Virus record (IMG/VR): IMGVR_UViG_3300027746_000016
Location: 30,966-94,965 of that record
Length of the DNA stretch: 64,000 nt
Reading direction: 5' to 3' (one strand)
From: a virus
The notes under the pieces were generated by a model, which saw only the letters and a program-made list of their open reading frames with translations, was not told the DNA's origin and ran no database searches. Both the position numbers and the translations under genes were made by a program. Shown here one piece after another: positions 19,009-27,015 of the stretch; within the stretch, counting starts at the first letter, position 1; each line of letters opens with the position of its first letter.

Positions 19009-19584
19009 TTAATCTTTTAAATTGGTAAAGATCTCTTCCAATACTCTAATTGTATCAGTTGAGTCATTATGAAAAACCGAGGTTCCACCGGCTGCTGCCC
19101 AATCCTCTAATTTTTTATGATTATCATCAATTAATATATCATTAGCTGACTTTGCAAATAGATATTTGTCTTTTGCAATAATAAGATGAGTTGTATCAGT
19201 TAACCCGTCAGGTTTTAATACGGGCTTTTCATTAATATTTAAATTACGTTTTACCCATTCAGTTTTACCAGAGACTGAGTGTTCTCCACGACTTGGAGAA
19301 GTTAAAATAGTTGGATTATATCGGCTAAGATAGTCCCATAATTCGCGGCCGTCTTTTGTCCATGGCAGTTTTTCCCAAAATGCAGAGCCACGGTCATCAA
19401 TTAGTTTCCAAATTGAGTTTTTTCCGTGTTTCTTATCGTATTCATTAGGTGTTAAATGATCTGGATTTGACTTAAGTCGCTTGAAACCTCGTTTAAAGTC
19501 TACTAAAACTCCATCAAGGTCGCAAAATACACGTTTATCGTCTATTTTTTCCTCGGTTATGAACTGTTTAAATTTTTTAAGCAT
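19009..19584 (-). CDS. HAD-superfamily 5'(3')-deoxyribonucleotidase-like phosphatase
   Basis: FCDLDGVLVDF, ILTS, K..W and ILIDD motifs; start placed at ATG 19584 (MLKKFKQFITE). Confidence 0.82.
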   Translation of the reverse strand: MLKKFKQFITEEKIDDKRVFCDLDGVLVDFKRGFKRLKSNPDHLTPNEYDKKHGKNSIWKLIDDRGSAFWEKLPWTKDGRELWDYLSRYNPTILTSPSRGEHSVSGKTEWVKRNLNINEKPVLKPDGLTDTTHLIIAKDKYLFAKSANDILIDDNHKKLEDWAAAGGTSVFHNDSTDTIRVLEEIFTNLKD

Positions 19585-19909
19585 GGTCGCTGATTTCAAA
19601 TGTTGTGTCTATATCTTTATTTAACACCGCAACTAGATCATTTGCCATAACTACATGAAAATCTTCACCAGCCCATTTAACATTTAGGCCAGAGTATCTT
19701 TGGTATAGGACATAATCACCTTCTTTTATTGGACACTCAGAATTTTTTGAAACCATATGGCCTACTGCAATAACAGTACCTGTATTTGGACGCTTTCGAG
19801 CCTCAACTGGTAAAATAATACCAGTCTCTGTCTTTTTTTCAACTGAATCTGGCTTAATTAGAATTCTTTCAAACAATGGCTTAAAGCCGGTTTTTGCATC
19901 TGTACTCAT
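19577..19909 (-). CDS. groS: Co-chaperonin GroES
   Basis: KPLFERILIKP, KTETGIILP mobile loop, GTVIAVG, GDYVLY. Confidence 0.92.
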   Translation of the reverse strand: MSTDAKTGFKPLFERILIKPDSVEKKTETGIILPVEARKRPNTGTVIAVGHMVSKNSECPIKEGDYVLYQRYSGLNVKWAGEDFHVVMANDLVAVLNKDIDTTFEISDHA

Positions 19910-21018
19910 TAGTTTTTATAATTTTTTTTAAATTTAAAATAGTTAAATCGCTTTCTATCATTTAACTTAACTGAATTTGCGATAGCCTCAGTTATCTCGG
20001 TTGGAAACATTGCGGTATGTAATCTGATAATAGAACGATTACGTAATAGGTTATTCTGGATCGCTAGAGTTTCGCTAGGCTCATCTATTTTTAAGACTTC
20101 ACATGTAATATTATTAAGTTTAGGCATAAATGCTGAGTCACCCGAATCAATTAGACTCTTAATTGTAGTCCAGTCAAATGATTCCTTAACGAGTTCAATT
20201 ACTCTAGCTGTTTTGGCTGGAGTTAATTTTGGATGAACTCTTGGAATATTATCAGATTTATCACCAGATAAAACTTTTGTTAAAATATCAAGAGCTGGAT
20301 CAATTATAAAGTGTTTATAGTCTTTTTTAGTAAGATTCTCTAATACATTTACCACAGTTGAATTATCTAATGAATCTATTTCAAAATTAAATAGGTCTAC
20401 ATCAGTATTTACAGAATCATTGATATCTGCAGTGGTATAGATTTTCTTAAATTTAGTCATCATTTTTGGCATTATCATAATTACTTTACGAGATCCACCT
20501 TCTAATAATTGAGTTAAGTCAGTATCAACTGACCAAATACAGATATCTTCATTTAAATTTTCGCAAATGTATGCAATTAAGTCATCGCCTTCAGCTCCAG
20601 TAACCCGATTTGATAAGATTCCATATTCCTCGGTTAGAGTAGGTAAAACTTCAGTTTGAAAGTAGTCAAAAAATAGATAAATTTTGTCATCATATTTGCG
20701 GTTACCTTTATATGAAAAGTCGCCAGCTCCATGATCTTCAAACTGCTCTTTTATAAATTTCTTTCTCCAACTCTTTGAGTCAAATACAAAAAATACCGAA
20801 GAGATATTTTCTTTAAAAGGAGCAAAGATACTACCTAAATAATTTAATGAAAACGATTTAAATGCATCTTTGCTAGCCTGTTTTAACATAAATTTATCAG
20901 TTGACCATAAATCTGAAACATAATATTTTTCGCCAATGCTTTTATTTGTAGATAGAATATTTTTTACAATACTTACTGCCACATTCAAAAATGCATTACC
21001 GTCTATTACTATGTTCAT
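19909..21018 (-). CDS. RNase H / 5'-3' exonuclease (T4 rnh, FEN-like)
   Basis: IDGN, VFDSKSWR, YKGNR, EGDDLIA, SVDTDLTQL, GDKSDNIP. Confidence 0.88.
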   Translation of the reverse strand: MNIVIDGNAFLNVAVSIVKNILSTNKSIGEKYYVSDLWSTDKFMLKQASKDAFKSFSLNYLGSIFAPFKENISSVFFVFDSKSWRKKFIKEQFEDHGAGDFSYKGNRKYDDKIYLFFDYFQTEVLPTLTEEYGILSNRVTGAEGDDLIAYICENLNEDICIWSVDTDLTQLLEGGSRKVIMIMPKMMTKFKKIYTTADINDSVNTDVDLFNFEIDSLDNSTVVNVLENLTKKDYKHFIIDPALDILTKVLSGDKSDNIPRVHPKLTPAKTARVIELVKESFDWTTIKSLIDSGDSAFMPKLNNITCEVLKIDEPSETLAIQNNLLRNRSIIRLHTAMFPTEITEAIANSVKLNDRKRFNYFKFKKNYKN

Positions 21019-21021
21019 AAT

Positions 21022-21342
21022 TTAGTTTTTATCAATTGAATTAACTTCTGGTTTTACACTTAATTTAGTAATTGATTTAGCAATTAATTCAGCTTCCTCA
21101 ATTGTATATGCGCCTTTTCCTTGAGCATGAGTGGCGGCTGCAATTAAAACAATTACAGCATGTTCAAGAGTTAAATTGTTTAAAAACTTATTGTAATCTT
21201 CTAGACTTTCATAGCTAATGCTAGATAGCAAAGTAGCTAATGGCTTCTTAGGATTAGTTTCAGAATTTTCAGTTTCAGTCTTGATTTCTTCAACTTCAGG
21301 TTTAGCTGGAGCAGCGGTTGTCATGTATGTAGAGTCTTTCAT
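21022..21342 (-). CDS. Hypothetical protein whose N-terminus copies the SSB tail
   Basis: 106-aa ORF; TAAPAKPEVEE. Confidence 0.7.
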   Translation of the reverse strand: MKDSTYMTTAAPAKPEVEEIKTETENSETNPKKPLATLLSSISYESLEDYNKFLNNLTLEHAVIVLIAAATHAQGKGAYTIEEAELIAKSITKLSVKPEVNSIDKN

Positions 21343-21418
21343 TTTAATATAATTTTTTAAAGATCATTAAATATTGAATCTAATTCATCAACTTCAGGTT
21401 TAGCTGGAGCAGCGGTTG
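21290..21418. repeat. Exact 31-nt direct repeat (21290-21320 and 21388-21418)
   Basis: TCAACTTCAGGTTTAGCTGGAGCAGCGGTTG occurs twice, 98 nt apart. Confidence 0.95.
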
Positions 21419-22400
21419 GTTTAGATGCAGTAGAGCCTAACATATCAGAGTCAATATCAATTGAGATAGAGGTACCCTTTGTTTGAGGAGCGGCTGGCGT
21501 AAATTCTAATGATTCTCCAGCTGGAGCAACAGTTCTTGAAATTGATTTTGTATTTGTAAAATGCTTCTTCATACGTTCATCCTTTAATCCACCTACTAAA
21601 TTATCAATAATTTGTTTATATGGAACAATTGCTTTGATATATTCTGCAACTTTTTCATATTCATAATCAGTCCAATCTTTATAGAAATATTGAGTTAAGT
21701 CAGGAGAATTTTCTTTAAAGTATTTAGAGACAAATTGCATTACCTTTGGATCATTAGAGGTTGGAATTTCCTTGCCTTGAGTTGTAATAATTAATGGGCT
21801 AACTTCGCTCATAAATTTACTTGAACTAAAATCTCTCCATGCTTTGGTTTTACGTTTAATAACTAGCACAAAATCTTTTCCAGCAGTTAATGAAAATGGA
21901 TTAACTTTTTGAATAGTCATTAACTCAGATTCTGGATTAATTTCCTGTTGAATTAAATTATCAATAGTATATCCATATGAATATATTTTAATTTTACCTT
22001 CCATGTTTGGATATTGTGGATCCTTTTTAATGTAAATACATGAATAGAAATTATAGTATCGGTTATAATACTTTTTAATTTCTTCTACAATTGAAGGCTC
22101 GTCTGTTGCTAATTTCTTTAATTCCATATCAAGAGACCATAAGATTGATGGACTTCCATTGGTAGAAGGACAATCAACGAGTAGGCGCTCATTGGTTAAA
22201 GGGTTAATTAATTTAGCAGCATACTTTTTGTATTTGCTCTTTGATGGATCTCCAACCCAAGGAATAAATCGAATAATCGATTTGTAAATTCCATTTTGTC
22301 CTTGATCTGGACCTGGATTGTAAATGTTGTCATCGGTTTTGCGTTGACTTGCGGCCTTGCCGGTAAAGTCGTCTGTGTTTAGATTGAATAGATCTTCCAT
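21357..22400 (-). CDS. Single-stranded DNA-binding protein (T4 gp32-like)
   Basis: IIRFIP, DPQYPNMEGKIKIYSYG, NPFSLTAGKDFVL, acidic tail ending DSIFNDL. Confidence 0.85.
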   Translation of the reverse strand: MEDLFNLNTDDFTGKAASQRKTDDNIYNPGPDQGQNGIYKSIIRFIPWVGDPSKSKYKKYAAKLINPLTNERLLVDCPSTNGSPSILWSLDMELKKLATDEPSIVEEIKKYYNRYYNFYSCIYIKKDPQYPNMEGKIKIYSYGYTIDNLIQQEINPESELMTIQKVNPFSLTAGKDFVLVIKRKTKAWRDFSSSKFMSEVSPLIITTQGKEIPTSNDPKVMQFVSKYFKENSPDLTQYFYKDWTDYEYEKVAEYIKAIVPYKQIIDNLVGGLKDERMKKHFTNTKSISRTVAPAGESLEFTPAAPQTKGTSISIDIDSDMLGSTASKPTAAPAKPEVDELDSIFNDL

Positions 22401-22435
22401 TTTTCTTTTTATTGATTTTTATATTACTTATATAA

Positions 22436-22463
22436 ATTATACTATATAATTTAATTCTGGTTT
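22436..22463 (-). promoter_or_regulatory. Pre-late promoter AAACC-N17-TATAAT
   Basis: Upstream of the SSB gene. Confidence 0.6.
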
Positions 22464-22467
22464 CAAT

Positions 22468-22497
22468 AAAAAAGGGCATAGTGATTAGCTTGCCCTT
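22468..22497 (-). terminator. Intrinsic terminator
   Basis: AAGGGCA/TGCCCTT stem; T run on the minus strand. Confidence 0.7.
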
Positions 22498-22519
22498 AAT
22501 TTAATAATAAGTAATTAGA

Positions 22520-22711
22520 TTATGCTTTAGGAGCAGTAGTCTTTGTTGCTTGAATGTGGGTACGACCTTCTTGACATGAAGCTTTAATTTCTTGTAAAAG
22601 GGCACGAGAACGAGTTCCAGCTGTTTTATTACCTTTTTCGTAAAATTTAGTAGTTTCAGTTTCTAATTGACTGATTGAGTTTTTAAGGGTTTCTAACCAT
22701 GTTGGTGTCAT
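22520..22711 (-). CDS. Hc1-family (bacterial histone H1-like) small protein
   Basis: KFYEKGNKTAGTRSR...EIK matches the Hc1 core KGNKAAGTRAR. Confidence 0.8.
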   Translation of the reverse strand: MTPTWLETLKNSISQLETETTKFYEKGNKTAGTRSRALLQEIKASCQEGRTHIQATKTTAPKA

Positions 22712-22733
22712 ATTAATATAGTATTTTTAGAGT

Positions 22734-22760
22734 ATTATATTAAGAAATATCACCCGGTTT
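22734..22760 (-). promoter_or_regulatory. Pre-late promoter AAACC-N16-TATAAT
   Basis: Upstream of the Hc1-like gene. Confidence 0.6.
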
Positions 22761-22805
22761 TAAGTATATTAAAAAACATCACTAATTTTAACCTTTAGCT
22801 AGTGA

Positions 22806-23357
22806 TTACTTTGATCTTAAAAATACTACTTCTAAATTGTCACTAGTTGGATTTTTAAAATTGTCATCTGAATCAAATGTAACATCAACTGTACCTTTAT
22901 CTACTCCAAGTAAACCATCGGTTACTTCTTCTTTAAACTCCGAGTAAATATTTGCAGGAAAGTCTCTTCTTCCAGCAAGGGCAGCCATTACTAAATCTTT
23001 ATCTGATTCCATTTTATGAACCTCTAACCACTTAGTAAGAGCCTCTGGCTCTATTTCATATTGAGTAAATCTCTTAACACCACCTTGGCCATCGTGTGCA
23101 CCGAACCATTTTTTATTCTCTGCATCCTGAATAAAAATAATTTTTGGAGAAGTAGTAGCCGCTGGAGTAACCGGCGGAGCATTCGGATCAGGCGGAAGGC
23201 CGGCTCCCATATCTGGAGGAGGTGGCATTGCCATATCTGGAGCAGGAGGCGGTGGCGGCGGCGGTGGCGGTGGTATTGCAGCATCTGGCGCAGGAGGTGC
23301 TGCAGGCTCATCCTCTAATAATAAATTCTTAAATTCTTTAAATTCTAATATTCTCAT
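22806..23357 (-). CDS. Polyproline-containing protein, putative internal head protein
   Basis: MRILEFKEFKNLLLE N-terminus, Pro/Ala linker with 11 consecutive Pro, globular C-domain; exact TATAAATA upstream. Confidence 0.7.
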   Translation of the reverse strand: MRILEFKEFKNLLLEDEPAAPPAPDAAIPPPPPPPPPPAPDMAMPPPPDMGAGLPPDPNAPPVTPAATTSPKIIFIQDAENKKWFGAHDGQGGVKRFTQYEIEPEALTKWLEVHKMESDKDLVMAALAGRRDFPANIYSEFKEEVTDGLLGVDKGTVDVTFDSDDNFKNPTSDNLEVVFLRSK

Positions 23358-23383
23358 AGGTATTAATTATATTTTTACTAGTT

Positions 23384-23391
23384 TATTTATA
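23384..23391 (-). promoter_or_regulatory. Late promoter TATAAATA
   Basis: Exact T4 late consensus 26 nt upstream of the ATG at 23357. Confidence 0.65.
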
Positions 23392-23392
23392 C

Positions 23393-23419
23393 AAAAAAAG
23401 CGGGAAATTAATTTCCCGC
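23393..23419 (-). terminator. Intrinsic terminator
   Basis: GCGGGAAAT/ATTTCCCGC stem plus T7 on the minus strand. Confidence 0.8.
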
Positions 23420-23436
23420 CTAAATTAGGTTATAGA

Positions 23437-23646
23437 TTAGTGAAGCCTTAAAGTTGAACCGGCTTGATGGATTGGATCATATGGGCAGTGTTTACAACCA
23501 TTTCCGCAACATGAACCTCGCTTTGTATGATATTGTTTGGTCATTATTAGATTACCGTTTTTGTAATAATAGTCGGCATTTTTATAACTACTAATATATT
23601 CAACATATAACTGATAAATCCAGTCATATTTAGCTGGAATTATCAT
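23437..23646 (-). CDS. Small Cys-rich protein (DUF5522-like)
   Basis: YYYKNG...T..YH.KRGSCCGNGCKHCPY. Confidence 0.75.
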   Translation of the reverse strand: MIIPAKYDWIYQLYVEYISSYKNADYYYKNGNLIMTKQYHTKRGSCCGNGCKHCPYDPIHQAGSTLRLH

Positions 23647-25499
23647 TGTATTTCACAAGCTCCTCCAGCACAGGCTAATTCGCCAGATAGGTCAGTATTA
23701 TCAACCATTTCAATAACTTTAGATAAGTCAATTCCAGTTAATGATTTTAACATTTCTTCGTATTTTTCTTCAGAGCAGTCCTCAAATGGAGCTTGAATAT
23801 AGGTTCCACCGTTATATGGTAAAACCGATAAGCCATTATAGAATGATTTATTATCCCACATCCATTCACCAACAGTTTCCCATTCGTCTGGTTTAATTGA
23901 AACTGTTGCAGAAATATTATGAGTATTTTGACCGGTACGATGACCAGTTTTTACCCAATTTGAATAAAAAGATTTTACTCTTTCTAGTAATTCAATTGCA
24001 GATTCATTTCTAAATATTGAACCGGCTGGTGCTTTTTGTGGAACTGAAATTACAGCAGTATCATGCGGACGGAAGTACTCATCTTCAAGTAGTTCAGGAT
24101 GATAAATTGCAAGATAAGAATAAATTGCCTCATTTTTTCCAACTCTAATTCTACGAATATAGTGATCATTATGCCATGCATGAATTCCAGAAGAAGTTCC
24201 CAATACCAATGATGAAGTTCCTGATGGTTTAATTGTAGTACATCTGGCTGATGCATTTATCTTAATTTGTTTTGCAACAATTACATTGGTTTCTTTTACT
24301 AGGTCAGCAGCCTGTTTAAGATCAAATTTTTGGGCTGATCCTGAGCCTATACCAGTCATACCAACACCAATTAAAGCATCCTTTTCAGTAGTACGTTGCC
24401 ATATTGGACGTAAATAATGAAAATTAGTATAGCCAGCTTGCAGAGTTCCAATAAATGAAGCAGCTTTAACTCTTTCATTTAAATCTTCTTGTGTAGTAAT
24501 ATCAGAGACATTAACTTCACATAAGTTACAAAATTGAAATGGACGTAGAGCAATTTCACAGCATGGATTAGTACCCCAATCTTTATCGTTTGACAAATAA
24601 ATTCCAGGTTCTCCAGTTCCACTTGCTTCAATTTTTTTCCATAAGTCCATAAAGAAGCTCTTAGTTATCTTATTTCTTAATAAGACCGCTGAGTTATTTG
24701 CTCGGCCCCTTTGTGGATTAAGTTCCCACCATGATCCACTCTTTGAAGAAATCATATTTTCATCATCTGCACTAAATAAAGAAATTAATGCAGCTCGACG
24801 AATACCTCCAGCCAATACCGCATCGGCAATATGACAAACAATATCGTGTACTTCAATACAAGATAATTTATCATTATCAACCTTAGAGTCAAGAATTCCC
24901 TGTATTTTAATTAAACACTCTTTTAAGGGTTGAGGGCCTGGTGCTTTACCACCTGACGTAACTAATAGTGCACCTTTTTGGCGAATATCAGAAAAGTCAA
25001 AATTAATAGTAGAACCACCTTCAAAATAAGACTTCATTAATAATTTAACCGCATCTGCCCAGCCTTCAATTGAGTCTCCAATTAAATATCTACGAGATTT
25101 AGTAGTATTAGGTTTTCTAATTTCTGGAAGTTCGTCAACATGGTGTTTCTGTACTGAATAGCCTACACCAGTTCCGCCTAATAATAAAAACATAATTTCG
25201 CCAAATGCACGCCAATCATCGATCGGTAAATATGCACAATTGTAGATACGATTTGGAGAAATTTCAATTGGTTTACCACCAAACTGTAAACTACGCATTG
25301 ATGGTAGAATTTTTTTATCATACACAAATTTATAAGTCTCATTAATCTCAGCAGTTAACTGTGGATATTTCTTTATGTGCATTTCTTTATTTCGAGTTAC
25401 AAGTTCTTCCCATGTTTCTCTTCTCTGTACATCATTACGAAACCTGGCGTATTTCATATAAACCGTTACGTCTGATAAAATTTCACTTGCTAAATTCAT
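23643..25499 (-). CDS. nrdJ: Class II (adenosylcobalamin-dependent) ribonucleotide reductase
   Basis: LPSMRSL, YNCAY, GGIRRAALI, TNPCCEI, CNLCE, TIKPSGT, C-terminal ACAGGACE redox pair. Confidence 0.9.
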   Translation of the reverse strand: MNLASEILSDVTVYMKYARFRNDVQRRETWEELVTRNKEMHIKKYPQLTAEINETYKFVYDKKILPSMRSLQFGGKPIEISPNRIYNCAYLPIDDWRAFGEIMFLLLGGTGVGYSVQKHHVDELPEIRKPNTTKSRRYLIGDSIEGWADAVKLLMKSYFEGGSTINFDFSDIRQKGALLVTSGGKAPGPQPLKECLIKIQGILDSKVDNDKLSCIEVHDIVCHIADAVLAGGIRRAALISLFSADDENMISSKSGSWWELNPQRGRANNSAVLLRNKITKSFFMDLWKKIEASGTGEPGIYLSNDKDWGTNPCCEIALRPFQFCNLCEVNVSDITTQEDLNERVKAASFIGTLQAGYTNFHYLRPIWQRTTEKDALIGVGMTGIGSGSAQKFDLKQAADLVKETNVIVAKQIKINASARCTTIKPSGTSSLVLGTSSGIHAWHNDHYIRRIRVGKNEAIYSYLAIYHPELLEDEYFRPHDTAVISVPQKAPAGSIFRNESAIELLERVKSFYSNWVKTGHRTGQNTHNISATVSIKPDEWETVGEWMWDNKSFYNGLSVLPYNGGTYIQAPFEDCSEEKYEEMLKSLTGIDLSKVIEMVDNTDLSGELACAGGACEIQ

Positions 25500-25606
25500 T
25501 TTCTTTTTTATTTTTTTAATGTTTCTAATTAAATATACTAAATTACCTGGCCTGTAGAGATAACTTTTTAATTATGACCTACTGGTAAGTTCATTACTTA
25601 ATTTAA

Positions 25607-25732
25607 TTAATGTTTTGTTAATTTACTTGATGCATTTTGAGTACTTAGCCGAATTTTATAATTAGTTTGTTTGTTAATAATTTGACTAATTTTATAAAAA
25701 TTCAACTTCTTAATTAAACTTGACTCTTGCAT
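25607..25732 (-). CDS. Putative 41-aa basic peptide (MQESSLIKKLNFYKISQIINKQTNYKIRLSTQNASSKLTKH)
   Basis: ATG...TAA ORF below the ORF-track cutoff; ATAAATA lies 6 nt upstream. Confidence 0.35.
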   Translation of the reverse strand: MQESSLIKKLNFYKISQIINKQTNYKIRLSTQNASSKLTKH

Positions 25733-25766
25733 CTAGGTTATTTATTATACCAATAACTGCTAAATA

Positions 25767-26951
25767 TTACGCGTTTATAAAATCTAATTTTAAAGTTTTA
25801 CGAATAGTATCAACTTTAAGAATTTTAACTTCTCCATCGTTAGGTATTCGGAATTTACCCTTAAGGTGATTTACATCATTTTTGAAAATTTCATTAGTTT
25901 CAGGAATCGTGATTTCAATGAAAAAATTATCTTTATTTAGGACAAAATTTAAGGTACGTCCTTCTATTTCAGTTTTTATTTTTTGCCAAGTAATTTTTTC
26001 TTGATCAACTTTAGCTAAATCATTTGTTAAAATAATTCTAGGTTCACCTTTTTTAACAATAATGTCCTTAATATAGAAATCTAATACATCACCTGATTTA
26101 AAAGTACTTGTGTCTTCAATATAATTAGCAAATTCAGATTTATGAAGTAATCCTGTATAATAATTTTGAAATTCAATAAATATTCCAAATTCATATGGTT
26201 TATTTGTTAAAATTCCAGTATATTTTTTACCAAATTCTAAATCATATACTTTTTGAGGAAGTGTATGTTTGATATATTTCTTGTATGAAATAATATATAA
26301 ATCATTAACGGAATCATAATTTTCTATCATTACTGGAATTTCAGTATTTAAGTAGTCATTAAAATCACGAATTACATTGGCAGCAGCATGAGATCCTGGT
26401 AAGAAACATTTAACGGTTCCTTTGTATAGCGCTAAATATCCACCTTTTACCAAGCTAATAACTTTAACATAAAACCATTTATCAGTTTTTAAGAAGTCGT
26501 TTAGCGTATCTCTATATGAAATTGCAGCACACTGTTTTTCAGATGCATAAAATTCTCCACTGTCAACTTTTGTAATAATGGCTTTAAATTCTCTAGGATA
26601 GTCTCCATTAACTAATAACGAAGGCTCTTCTGAAAAGTCTCTAAATGGAATAAATATTGAAGACTTTGAGTGTTTTTCATAAGTAACAATTAGCTTATTA
26701 TCAAAATCAATACTCTTTGCAATCACTGTACATAATTGGCCTTCACTAAAGTCTTTTATACTGATCATTGAATGAGAGCTATGACTTGAATACATTTCGT
26801 ATAGGTCTTGAGCATAGTTTTCTTTACAATAAATTTTCATACCAGCCGCTGAGTCTGACTCAGTTAATTTTATTGAGGTATTAAATTTTGAATTTGTTTG
26901 ACCGTATACTAGATCAAAATCTGGAGAATTTGGAATATGGGTAGTTTGCAT
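25767..26951 (-). CDS. Ribosomal protein S1-like multi-S1-domain RNA-binding protein
   Basis: VKGGYLA...CFLPGSHA and FGIFIEF....GLLHKSEF are S1 repeat signatures. Confidence 0.8.
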   Translation of the reverse strand: MQTTHIPNSPDFDLVYGQTNSKFNTSIKLTESDSAAGMKIYCKENYAQDLYEMYSSHSSHSMISIKDFSEGQLCTVIAKSIDFDNKLIVTYEKHSKSSIFIPFRDFSEEPSLLVNGDYPREFKAIITKVDSGEFYASEKQCAAISYRDTLNDFLKTDKWFYVKVISLVKGGYLALYKGTVKCFLPGSHAAANVIRDFNDYLNTEIPVMIENYDSVNDLYIISYKKYIKHTLPQKVYDLEFGKKYTGILTNKPYEFGIFIEFQNYYTGLLHKSEFANYIEDTSTFKSGDVLDFYIKDIIVKKGEPRIILTNDLAKVDQEKITWQKIKTEIEGRTLNFVLNKDNFFIEITIPETNEIFKNDVNHLKGKFRIPNDGEVKILKVDTIRKTLKLDFINA

Positions 26952-26969
26952 AGATTATTTGTATATAAA

Positions 26970-26996
26970 ATTATACAGAAAATTAACTATTGGTTT
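26970..26996 (-). promoter_or_regulatory. Pre-late promoter AAACC-N16-TATAAT
   Basis: Upstream of the S1-like gene. Confidence 0.6.
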
Positions 26997-27015
26997 TAAT
27001 TAAACCATATATAAA

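Noticed and set aside
23051-23318. Arg-rich ORFs in other frames
   Set aside because: By-products of the GC-rich polyproline codons of 22806-23357
25500-25766. Cobalamin riboswitch upstream of nrdJ
   Set aside because: Very AT-rich, with no B12-box or recognisable conserved stems
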